Positions 12,089-23,683 of a stretch of 64,000 nt of DNA are shown piece after piece. Origin of the DNA: Psammoneis japonica (Eukaryota); NCBI GenBank assembly GCA_008632985.1, contig QPGO01000080.1, positions 248,001 through 312,000 on the forward strand, given 5' to 3'. Below the pieces are notes generated by a model that had not been told where the DNA came from, ran no database searches, and saw nothing but the letters and a program-made list of their open reading frames with translations. Each line of letters begins with the position of its first letter. Positions within the stretch are counted from its first letter, which is position 1. The position numbers and the translations under genes were made by a program.

Positions 12089-15000
12089 CTCCCCAGTTTG
12101 CTTGAGGAGTCACAGAAACAGATTCGACTTCGGATGGAATGAAGTTCCAAAACATGAGGGGACGGAGAAGGTCCCAGACTTGGGAGTGACCCCAATGCTT
12201 GCTGAGAATGTCAGCAGGGTTGCGGGAGCCTTCGATGAAGTGGAGCTCAAGGCAACCAGAGGCAATTGCCTCACGCACACGATGGAATGAGAGAGCGGTG
12301 TGTCGCTTGTGTAACTTGGAGTGCGGGATGGTGGCACTGTCCACAACCGACTTGTTGTCACCGAACATGTGACCAATGTCACGGATTGGGACGCCGAGGT
12401 GACACAGGGCAATGCGCAGGTCGACAATCTGCTTGACACAAGTCCTTGCAGCAACAAATTCAGACCCGCAGGTCACAGTCTCCACGGTGGCTTGCTTCTT
12501 AGAGAACCAATCAGCCGGGAATTTGTTGAGGAAGTGGAGCATTCCCATGACAGAGCGTCCGGTGAGCATGCAATGACACAAGTTTGCATTGACGCAGTGA
12601 GTGGCAGTGACAAACTTGCCAAGGGGCGGTGGAGCGTCCTTCGGGATCATCTCCTCTGCTTCGCCGTACACGGAATGCATCCATTCACAGGCCGGTGCAG
12701 GGAGATCCGAACAGTCGGGCTCTTCCATGCGAACGCGGAGAGAGCCGTGTCGCATCTTGGAGAGGCACCCACAGACACGTTTGGCACGATCCAAGTGGCC
12801 TTGATGGGGCGCAGCTCGGAAGCTAGAGAGTGACATGATGGCCGTGGCAATGTCAATTCGACCAAGAGATGCTGCCCATTGGAGGGAACCAACAAGAGAC
12901 TGGAACTGTTGAATGCCGTTGGGCTCCAGCAGTTCGGAAGCATCCAATTCGGGGTGGTCACCCTTTTCCAGAGGGGACAGGGTGCGTTCGATGTACTTGC
13001 GTGGAGACAGACACAAGGTGCCGTCAGGATCCCGGGAGAAGTGCAACCTGGATGGAACTCAATCGGTCCCGCACCCTTGAGCTTGAACTTGTGCTTTTCC
13101 GTGAGAGTGTCGACAAAAGGTTGAGGATCCTTCATGGCAATGGCGAGGTCATCCACACAAACGGCAACACATTCGTGGTGATCGCCATTCCTGCACATCC
13201 AAATGTCGGGTTCGGCGCGGCAGGGGAAGAAACCTTCAGCTCGCAGGCAGTCGGCGAAGCGCTCGTGCCAGTGGAGGCCGGAGCTGCGCAATCCACACAG
13301 GGCCTTGTAGATGACAAGAATGTGGCCTTCGAGTTTGCCAAATTTGGGTCCAGCTACAATGCACAGCTTCTCCTTGGTGGTGGCTTCAAGGCAGGCATTG
13401 CCAATGTCGGTGGCCCATGTCTCCAACTCGTTGAGTTCAGCCAGGAAAATCATCAGCCGAAGGCCACGAAGGGAGACCACTCCAGAGCAGACACTGTCGA
13501 TGGGTGCGTCCGTGAGGTGTCCATCGGCTGCGAGTCATGCCTTGTGGTGGCCGTTGTGTTTCACGTCATGCACTGGGTGCACTCGGATCTTCTTGTGTCC
13601 CGCAGGAGGAGTGGAAGACTCGGAGGGCCCGCAGTCATGGAAGACTTCGCACTCATCGAGTTGGTCCATCTCGAGATTGGTTGCGTCTCCCCACTTGCGG
13701 TTGCCGTTGCGTTCGTCTGGGGACATGGCGTGTTTGTTTTTCCGGGGAACTTCGCATCCGTGCTTGTGGCGAGGTGCTGTGCGGAAGGAGCAAAGCTTGG
13801 CTTGGTTGGCCATGCGGAATGGCTTCTTCTGGCGCCTCGCGATGGCGCGGAACCGCTTCCAGCCATCAGTGTCGAGAAGTCCGTTCTCTTGTGCACAGAT
13901 GGCGCAGGTGACAGGGTCGTCCTTGGCGATGATGGCAAGAGGCTCGGACGTGATCTCCCCACTTTCCCATTCAAGCATGATGTTGTAGCTTGAGCCTTTC
14001 CAGGCTGGGTCATGAGGCTTCAGAGGTCCTTCGTGTGACACAATGCGTCAGAATTTCCAAACAGTGGTGTCTTCATCTTCTTGCTCGATGTGATTCATGA
14101 TGTCGTTGCAGGCCAGGACTTCCTCGTATTTGTCGTTGTTGACAGAGCAGAGGAACTTGGTGAGCTCGGGGTTGCCGTTCACTTTCCAGTCGTGATCTTT
14201 GACGGCCTTGACGATGCAAGCTCTGTGGCGTTGTCCGTCCTCTTGTGGCTGCATGAGGAAGGTGCATCCGATGATGTCTTGCGGATCGAAAACTGGCATC
14301 TTGGGTGTCCTGATCTCCCCACCAGGTGGATCGACGGGGTTGTCGTCGTGGCGAGATTTGATGATGGGTTCAGGTGGCTCCCCATCAGGAGGATCAAGAC
14401 GCAGGTTTCAAACAGAAGGATCGGTGGTGGCGGATCGGACGTTGGACCGGCAGAGGATCTTCTGAGTGTCGTCAGAAAGAATCTTGAAGGTCATCTGGTG
14501 GCCGACGTGTTCCGCAATGCCAACAAAGCGTCCATGCAACTCACGGGATTCGGACGGCCAATCGGAGTCATCAAGGTGGAAGTGCACGGGTTCCCACCAG
14601 TGAAAGCGAAGCAATTTCCTGCCAGTGAAAGCGAAGCAATGGGCTGATGTCCGGGGTGGAGCCAGCAAGAGTCTCGAGGGGCGTGCGCCAGTGGAGATGT
14701 GGGGACGCTGCATGGTTGAGCATGAAGCAAACACACATGAGCGCCAGCAGCCATGTGTGGGCAGGCAAACCGAAATGGTCCATGACGGTGTTCACCATGT
14801 GCTTCACGGTCTGGCATCGGCGTTTGGCAAAGTTTTGGTGTTGCTGGTGGGGCTCACTTTGCCAGCTGGAGATGAAGAGGGCTCGTAGAATCCCGAGCAC
14901 CTTGTTGCTTGTCTCAACTTGAGCACGGTCGCTGATGAGTTTGGATGGAGCACCATGCTCACAGATCTGATCCTCGAGTGTGTTGACAAACTCTTTGTCG

Positions 15001-15399
15001 GTTTTGGTGCCGCAGACGTCAGTGACGGTAGACTCGGCACCAACAAACAGTTGGGCGATGGCACAACCAGAGTCGATGGCCGGGGTGTCGGCACAAACGG
15101 TGTCAGTGGCGACAGGCTCGTTGCGGCGGTGCACATTAAGGGCGGGGCTGGGCGATTTGCAGGCCTTCTTAAGGTGCGTGCCGGCAGGCATGTGGGCGCA
15201 TTGCGTGGTGCAGTCAAAAGTGCGACGAACCGTGTCGGTGGGTTGGAAACCAAAGCAGGGCCGAAGAGACTCGTGGGAGGGTTCCTTGGGCTGCACATTG
15301 CGCTCCGGAGGTGGAACGTCGTCGTCCTTGGGGTCCATCACGTGTGGATGACACTCGCAGAACACGTCGTCATTCGGAATGAGGTGGTCATCGAGGGCG

Positions 15400-15789
15400 G
15401 ACGCGTTCCAGGTCTAGGTGGGACCTCGCACTGCTGAACTGTGACATCGACAGTTTTTTGAATCGCATCGTATGTCGCGCACGTACATTGCCACGTGATT
15501 TTGGCGAAATTTTGCACAATTTCACAGCACATTCATCAGGCTATCCATTGAACAACTTTTAACATTTTTTTCTTCTATGCCATTCTCGAGTGTCTTAAGA
15601 ATGGCGCAGGGCAGGCGCATTGTCCAAAACTTTGAGTACGAACAGGGACAGATGCACTGCAAACTTGGCCATTTTTTTTTATGTCGAAGACAAATGTGTC
15701 CATCAACCAGAGTACGAACTGCAGAGCTCGCACGTAGAATTCTACGGGGCAAATGTCACAAAAAGTCCCACCTGGGACTGGAACCCGTC
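15400..15789 (-). mobile_element. MITE family A, copy 1 (inside Copia pol)
   Basis: Imperfect 25-bp TIRs GACGCGTTCCAGGTCTAGGTGGGAC / GACGGGTTCCAGTCCCAGGTGGGAC and 4-bp TSD GGCG. Confidence 0.9.
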
Positions 15790-18700
15790 GGCGGACATGT
15801 GATCGGCAGACAAGGAAGTGGACATGATGGCCTTGTTGACAACGACAGGGTGACGGCAGTTGCCGCACTCGTCAAACAGGTTGGCAGTGGGATCGTCCTG
15901 CAGGTCAGAGATCGCGTCGCACCACTGATCGTCGTCAGTGATGGAGTGATCGAGGACGGAAGGGTCCCATGTGTCATCACCAGCAAGGATGACATGTGGC
16001 AGGGCGTCCCATTTGTCGTCAGTGCAGGGCCGCATGGCAACATGAGGCAGGCCACCCTTGATGTCAATTGGGGTGACACAGCCATCAGGAGTGGTGATGC
16101 GCTGCAAGCCGTTGGGCACCTTGACAGAGCGATCGTTGACATCATGTTTGTGCCATTCGAGCTGGCCACAGGAATGAATGGTCTTGCCTTTTCCCATGCA
16201 TGCGTGCTGATGGAGGATGGCAATGGCAGGACCACGCTGTGTCTCAATGACGGCACCAGCGGTGACAATGGGGATGTCCACCAATTGATGGTCGTCAATG
16301 CCCTGGACGTTGACTTGGCGAGAGGTGCGTGCAATGACGCGAACGTCGTCGCCAGCAATGCCACCATTGGCTCCACGATCGACCAGAGCACCAGTGCGTG
16401 TGGAGCGATGAGCGGAGGCAGAGCAAATGACATTGTGGTCATTGACGCGGCGGCAAGTGTGGCCATTGAGTTCTGTGTCATCTGGAGGAGCAGGCGAGGC
16501 AGGGGGAGCGGCGGATGGGCCCGGTCGATTGGCTTTGGGGGCTGGGTTAGGAGACAACAGGCGTTGCAGATCACCGGGTGGCAGTGGCTTGCGCTTGGTG
16601 AGATGCGCCAGAATGGGATTGTCGGAAGTGGCACCCACATTTGGAGCGGGATCACCAGAGTCAGCAGGAGTCGTGTCGGGCAAGTTGACATCACCGTCAC
16701 TCCCAAGTCGTTGGTCATGAAGGTTGACCACAACGGACTCATGCCAGTTGCCGGCTCGTGGATTGCAAGGAGGCGGACAAGAACACTCAAGGATGATGCC
16801 TTGGAGGAATTGGGCAACGAATCCCAAATCCGTTGGTGGTCGGGAGGGAGACGTTTCCATTGGTCGCGGTGAGGCTGGGACCGCGGGTGCAGGCAGCATC
16901 AGCCTGAAGGACGTCAATGTGCTGTGATGTCACAGAACACATCATCAGATGGTTCCTCAGAGTGGACGTCGTGTGCGTGGCACGGCAGGGAGCTCAAGGT
17001 GTCGTCTTGGGTTGAAACGTGCTGTCACATTGAGCCGCCGCGGAGAGGAGCAAGCCACAATGTTGATTGCATGTGAGGCTCTCACCACTCTGCGTGCGAT
17101 GCTGATCAGCTTGATTCTTGATGGCGCGGAGTTCCTCGACTGGATGTGCGGCATTCTCGAGCATGACGCACTTCTGTCCTTCAGAGAAGTGGTCACCAGC
17201 CGGGATGAGTGCCTCGCACTTGTGCAACTGATCCTGCCAATGAAGGATGAACCCGTGGGTCGGACCTTTCCAAGTGCCATCACCAAGGCGTGCGGTGGTG
17301 AGGCACGTGAGCAGGGTGGAGGACTCGACAGATGTGCCAGGTGGAGGCGAGCGCATGCTCGGACAAGGCGCGGCAGATGGTCTGGGCATCAGAAGACCCC
17401 ACATTTTCGCGAATGAGAGCCTTGCCCTTGTCGGTGAGAAGGATGCATTTGAAGACGGCGAACACGCACTTTTGCTGTTCAGCAAAGAGCAGTTTGTCTT
17501 CGGGGCTGGTTGGTTTGTACGATGAGTCTAGAGTGCACTTGACATCTTGGGCACGGGCTTGTGCCACAAGTGAGGTGTGCCAAGTGTGCCACTGCTTGTT
17601 GGATTTGAGAGCCATGAAAGCAGTGGGGTCATGCTTGATGCCTCGCTTGAAGTCTCGCACTGGGTCGCGTGCCTTGGTTGGGTTGGTGACATGCGGAGGT
17701 GCAAGAGGTGAGCTGCCGACGGACACAGAAGACATGTGGTCGGGGCTGAGGCGGCAGGCAAGGAACTCCTCATGCGCAAACAACGAGGAGTCATTGGCAA
17801 CATCAAGGCCTCTGTGGGCTTTGACAATGCACAGACCAACCAGAGCTGCCAACATGTTCTTATAACCTCGGGGCAATGGGATCACATTGGTGCCGTTGTC
17901 GCACTCAAGCGAGTCGATTTGGGAAGGTGTGAACGTGAACAGTTCTTGGCGCGAGTCCGTGCCGTCATGGGTCAAAGCCAAACGAAGAGGGCTTCCAGCA
18001 CCTTGGGCAAGCACGGTTCCAACAATGTGCTTGAAACCATCGGTTTGTTGCTGACGAGTGAGGACCATGGCAGACAAAAGGCGGTGTCAGGGCAAGCGAT
18101 TCTTGTTGGGGCGTGGAGGCAGACTTGAAACTTGAGTGGGAATGGACTTGACTTGAAATGGACTTCACTTGAAATCTTGAACCATCTTAAAATCAGAAGT
18201 CGCCGGGTTGTGCCATCCCGTTTGTTGTCAAGTGCTGAACTTCCCATCCGGTCCGCAGAGTTGTGCCGGCACGTCCAAACCCGCAGCTGGCAGCGCTTTG
18301 GGTTGCTTGTGAGCGGAGTGACGGGTTGCAAACCCCTGCAGGCAAGCTGACTGGAGGTGGGCAAGACCCTCGAACCGTTCTTGTTTCACGTCGGTTGGAT
18401 TTCCCAATCAGGCTGGCCAGTTGGCACAGGCGCAAGGTGCTGTGGACGAACGAACAAATGCGGGAAAACACCCTTGCCCCAACGCAGGCTGCAATCATGG
18501 CCACTTGCTCTCACAGTCACACTCGTGGACCTGGTGGAACTGCAGAGCACCAGCAGTCTGGGGTAGATCAGGTGCAATGGACTCGGTGTGCTTGTAGAGT
18601 GGCAGCAAAGCCGCAGTCCAAAGAGTGGGTTCAAGTTCTTGGCCGTGAAGACACACATGTGTGCATGTCTTCAGCGACAAAGATCTTTGAATGTGCAGGG

Positions 18701-18989
18701 TTCTTGACCGTTAACCGTTGAATGGGCACATCAAGGGATGAGGATCAAGGACAGATTGGACATGACCGTTGAGTGCATGTCTTCAGCGACAAAAGGTGGT
18801 GCAATCAATCCAGATGTCCAGCGGCAAGGAGACTTGACGGTGACGTTAAATTCCTGCCGATGCCTGGTGTTGAATGCGCGCAGACTTGCCGATGTACGTA
18901 GAACACATGTGGAGGTCCATGCAGAATTGAAACAGTGTGGTTGGCAAATCAACGATGATGATGGCAGTTGCTCAATGGGTTGACAATGA

Positions 18990-19004
18990 GCAAGACTGTT
19001 AATC
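18990..19004 (-). promoter_or_regulatory. Putative primer-binding site complementary to the anticodon arm of tRNA-Asn(GUU)
   Basis: GATTAACAGTCTTGC lies directly after the 5' LTR. Its complement GCAAGA-CTGTTAA-TC contains a canonical Asn anticodon loop. Also at 27594-27608 and 58296-58310. Confidence 0.55.
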
Positions 19005-19280
19005 TGACAGAAATTGAAGGCAAATGGCAAGAATTCAAACAACAACTCCTTGCTGCTGTCTAAATGGCAGATGAGTCTCCACTCAGAGACCGTTGCAGGA
19101 GCCGAAAGACGTGCAAGTCGGCACAATCGGGCTGCTGTCATCATTCTTGTGAGCCTTGTGGCTCGAAAGCAAACTACATCGCGCGCGTGCGCACGGAACT
19201 AAAAAGCACAAAACTGTGCGTGGCAAACCAAACAGCACGCAAAATGTCGCGCGCACCCAAATCCTGTTCAAATCCTGTCA
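19005..19280 (-). repeat. 5' LTR of the Copia element
   Basis: TG...CA termini, followed by the putative PBS on the minus strand and flanked by TSD GCGTG. Confidence 0.95.
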
Positions 19281-21899
19281 GCGTGCAATTTGAATGCACA
19301 AACACCAAAAACTGCTCGACTTGGATGTCAAAAGCACCATGACGACCCAAGCTGCTGCTTGTTGCTGGGGTGTTTTACAAAACAGGGTTGTTTTGCACAT
19401 TTTGACAATCTGGGGTGAAAGTGGGGTCAGGGGCGCTGCCCAGTGCATGAGACTGATTCAGTGTGCCCCCATGTCAAGACTGGTTGGAGCAAGGACGCCA
19501 TTGAAGCTGCTTTGCTTCAAGCCAACCCACATGATCTCATTGCTGAAGAAGCCGAGCTTGCCAAAATTCAAGGCGGTCCATGCTTTTTTGACCTGCAACA
19601 TGCTGGCATCTGATTTGGACCCATCGTCTTCTTGTCGTGTGCTGCTTCAGCAGCCAAAAAGTCATGCCACTCCTGCACTGGCAAAGCATCAGTGGGTGGA
19701 TGGGTTTTTCCAAAGTGGCGAAAGTTTTTGTTTGGAAGAGAAATCACTTGACTTGCAGATTGCAATGGCATTTGTGAGTTCTTTGAATGAGACGATGCAC
19801 CAACTCACTGTCTCCAGTGTTGGCGCATGGATTTGCTGTCATTCAGTTGAGCATCGCCCCGACGAATTGATGACCAAGTGCAACATGTTGTCACATTACA
19901 ACACAGCTGTGTCAGCATGGAGAGATGAGTTACAAAAGACGTCAGTTTTGTTGACAATGCCATCAGCTGCAACGCACTCCAAAAATTCACACACCTTGGC
20001 AACTTTGCTGCCTGTGAAGGTGATCAGACCAAGTTCTTTGCTTTTTGCTTCCCCAGCGTCTCGCGAAGTCTCAGGGTCTCGATCCATTGCACATGGCCCC
20101 TGCTCTGCTCCAATTCCAGAAGCTTTTTCTTTGGCATTTCTTGATGCAGTGGATCCCACTGTGATTGATGATCTAGAGGTGTTTTCAAAAGCTCACCCGG
20201 AATTGAGGCTGATGGATGCTGATCAATTTTTTGATTGTGTCCTGCACTTGACAGCTCCTTGGCAAGTGATTGATTGGCTTGTTGTGGTCTTCCCTGTCAA
20301 GTCTGAGGCTCTGACCCTCAAGATGGCTGACACTGATGTGCGCAAATGGCGCAAGACAATGTTGACTCATGCAAAAGCATTGGCATCTCATGCTCACCTC
20401 TCAGCGGCAGCATTCTTTGTCCCTTCATCACTGTTCAGTGCATTCAAACATGTGGCTGGTTTGGTCAAGGACATGCCAGATTTTTTGCTTTGTTCCACTG
20501 CGGCATCAAACACTGCTGACGGTGGGGTGATTGATGGCAGTTGTCAATGCACTGGCGGTTTGCGACCGTGGTCAAAGACAGCCAAGAGCATGGGGACCCA
20601 GAAAGCAAAGCGAGATGTTGCAGGCCAGCCAAAAATCCAAAAAGAAGTCTTTGGACTGCAGCCCTTTTAGTGCACTTTCATGGGGAGAGGCACAAAGCAA
20701 AATCAAGGATGGAACCAGGATGGGATCAACAAGCACAACAACCACATGATGCGGTGGCAGAGGAGAGAACAAAGTGCAGCAGAGTTGATGCACAGCACCT
20801 GCAGATGAAGAAATTGGAGAGTGCACATGGCAAGAAAAGAAAGAAGAAAAAGAAGGATGGCATGAGGGGATGGGCTGCTCCAAAAACTGATTGGAGCAAC
20901 AGGAGCAAGGAGGAGGCCACAGGAAGGAACAACAATTGGGGGAGCACAGAGGAAGTGAAAAGCGTCAAAGTGTTGCACTGTAAAATGCCGGGAACGTCAT
21001 CCATGTGCTTGTCAAATTTAAAGCACAGTTTCAAAGCAATGTGAATCGGGGACTGGTCCAAAGGCAAATCATCACATGGTGAAAAGGAGCCAAGAGTGTT
21101 GCACTTGAAAATGTTGGGAACATTGTCCGCTTGGTTGTTGTGTTTAAATTTTCTTGTGATGCATGACAAAACAATTGCACCAGAAGCAAGATTTCTGACA
21201 TGGCGTGCAAGAATTTTTAAATTAAAAATTTAAAAAATTTTGGCATGGGGGGCAAGAATGTCATGCGCAATGTCAGATCATTGCCCCACCAGATGAACAG
21301 AGGGCTCACAATGACTTGCTGGAGTTGGGCAAGCCAGCAGCTGACACTAAAAAGGTCAAAGCTCTGGCAAAACTCTGGTGGAAAATGCCAAGAACCCCAG
21401 CACCCACACTGGCACAGTTGCCTGCATTGGTCAGCACAAGAACAACCAGTGAAAAAAGCAAGGTGGCAAGAAGAAGGACAAGCCTGGGATTGGGGTTGGA
21501 CATTGTCTTGCTGATGCTGAGTGGAAAGCTTTGAGAGAAGAAGGCCAGGCAGAGGTCAACAAGCTCCATGACACACACAAAGCTGAGTGCAAGTGCAAGG
21601 CCAGCTCCATCTCCTTGGAAGAAGACAAGGAGCAGGGGGTTCATTCTGTCAAGAAAGCTGCCATTTTTGAGCCCAAGGTGGATGAACCCAAAGCAAATGA
21701 TGCACTGAAAGACTCTGATGAGTTGGACAAGAAACCCGCTGCGGATGCAAGCAATCAGTTTGGGCATGGCGCTGACAAGAAACCCTCCAAGGAGGCATGG
21801 ACAGTTGTGCCAGCAGCAAATGGCACGGGACCAAACATCTCTGCACCTGCTGGCACCATGCATTTGTCTGGGCAATTTCTGAAAGATGTTCGTCACTCT

Positions 21900-22780
21900 G
21901 TTGCATTGGCTCACAAGCCCAACTCTGCAGCGACAAATGGCTTGTGGACTTGCACACTGACACTTGCACTGTGGGGTCCAGTCCTGACCACACTGTGGTT
22001 GCACACCCCATGCTCTGATGGGAGTGAACCTGTCAAAGATGTGCCCATTTGCACAGCTGCTGCCGCGTGGGTTGACCCGGAAGATGGCCAACCACACCTG
22101 CTGCTCATCCACTGGGCTGTGTTTTGGGGACCTGATGACCAACACATTGTTGTGCCCCAACCAACTGTGGGCAAATGGGCTGACTGCCCACAACACTCCT
22201 CAACAATTTGATGAGAACCGTGCTCATTCTGTCACCTTTTCTAACTCAAAAATTGGGACACCAGACGCGTTCCAGACGTGGGTGGGGAATCCGTGTGACA
22301 TTGGGCCCGTAGACTTCTACGTGCGAGCTCCGTAGTAAATTTATTCGGTAATTAAAATGTCAATGATCGCCAACAGAAAATGAGGCAATTTTGCGAACGC
22401 ACAAACTCGCACATGATTGAAGTACATCATTTTTTACTCAGCCAGTTACATTCTTCAGACATTGAAGAATGTAACTGGCGCATTATTGTTTCTATAAATT
22501 TGTTATATAAAACGTCTGGGGCTTCGCAAAACAGCGAGTCTGGACAATTTTTTTTTAAATATCACACGTAAAAATCTACGTACGAAACATACGACGGATG
22601 ATAAAAATTATTGTTGTCACACGTCAGCACTACGAGCTCCCACCTAGGGCTGGAACGCGTCACCACTGCACCTGGATGGCGTCACACTGGTCTTTGACTC
22701 ACACAAACTGACTGAGAATGATTTGGAAAATCTCCCATGTCTGGAGCTAAGATCCTCAGCAAAATGGGAGCCTCTTGCTT
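21900..22780 (+). mobile_element. Fragment of a second Copia family (protease region), split by a MITE
   Basis: DLHTDTCTVG (DSHADT-like), KDVPICTAAAAWVDPEDG and LLCPNQLWANG..TPQQFD. After the MITE it continues PLHLDGV..LELRSSAKWEP. Confidence 0.65.
22264..22661 (+). mobile_element. MITE family A, copy 2
   Basis: TIRs GACGCGTTCCAG...CTGGAACGCGTC, 4-bp TSD ACCA, interior still TpA-rich. Confidence 0.9.
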
Positions 22781-23365
22781 GCACTTTGGTGCAAAAGGGA
22801 GGAGTCGCTGTGGGGCAGTGTGCACAAAAGATCCCTGTGTGCTGGTGTGCACTGAAGATCAGCCGATTCTCACAACGAACTGGCAGCGTTGACTGGCACA
22901 AGCGGGCGCATCACTTTGATTCACAGAGATTCTGTCAGACAGCTGAGAGGGACTTTGCATGGGTGGCAACAGGAGTTGATGCACACACCAGGATTTTTGA
23001 AAAGAAAAAAACCCCGCCCACTCAAGCCACTTTTTTTTTTGAGAATTTTCAGTTGTGCGCTTGCTCTCATCCTCCAAACTGTGCCGTGACCAAGCCATCT
23101 TGGACTTGCTCATTGTGAAGCTTTCTCTGCGTGTGACTGCAGCAGCTGTGTTGATGCTGTTGGAACTGCTTGGTTGTTTTCTTGACGTTTGGACTTCGTC
23201 TTGTGCTTGCCCATTGTGGGGTTTTCCCTGTGTGTGATCTGCAGTGGCTGTGTCAATGCTGTTTGGAACTGCCTGGCTGTTTTCTTGACGTGGGCCACCT
23301 GCAACACGGACTGCATGCATCATTTGCACACTTTCATTGAAGGGACATTTTGCACCAGCTCACTT

Positions 23366-23544
23366 TGGGTGTCGCCACTTGCAAGGGGAACAGCTGTGGC
23401 GGTCTGTCTGTACGATGATTTCTACCGGTGCATGCTTTTGGGCTGGAGATGGCAGGGACGGACGACAGGACAAAACATGCGTGGAAACTGTCGTACAGAC
23501 AGACTGCCACTGCGATTCTCCTTGCTTGTAAGTGGCGACACCCA
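23366..23544. mobile_element. Small foldback element/MITE (family B) with ~60-bp arms
   Basis: TGGGTGTCGCCACTT...GTCTGTCTGTACGA pairs with TCGTACAGACAGAC...AAGTGGCGACACCCA. Flanking 4-bp direct repeat ACTT. Confidence 0.75.
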
Positions 23545-23683
23545 ACTTGTTTTAGCCGACGACTGAGCAATGGACAACTGTGCTAACTAAAAAAATAATA
23601 CAAATTGCTGTCTACGCATGTTCATATCAAATCAATCAGAAAATGGGGCGTGCCCATGGATCGACCTTGCGCATGCCATGCAT

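Larger units (their letters stand above)
11811..19280 (-). mobile_element. Full-length but decayed Ty1/Copia (CoDi-like) LTR retrotransposon
   Basis: LTRs at 19005-19280 (5') and 11811-12088 (3'), 5-bp TSD GCGTG on both sides, PPT 12089-12101. Domain order gag, protease (LVDRGANGG), integrase (DTVCAD, SDRA, QNFAKRR), RT (DIGNA, KALCG, CVDD), RNase H (GSEF, GDNKS, NPADILSK). Confidence 0.95.

Noticed and set aside
12869..16872. Long plus-strand ORFs (12869-13993 and 15577-16872)
   Set aside because: Antisense shadows of Copia pol, kept open by stop-codon depletion.
11811..19280. Classical RIP or ADAR editing as the cause of the composition bias
   Set aside because: RIP creates TpA rather than removing it. 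Editing of element RNA would give one-strand A>G only, whereas both TA>TG and TA>CA occur, and DNA transposons are affected too.
19294..20670. 458-aa ORF as a functional gene
   Set aside because: It lies in TA-depleted DNA, is almost Tyr-free and has no motif I recognise. It may be a decayed TE gene but I cannot assign it.
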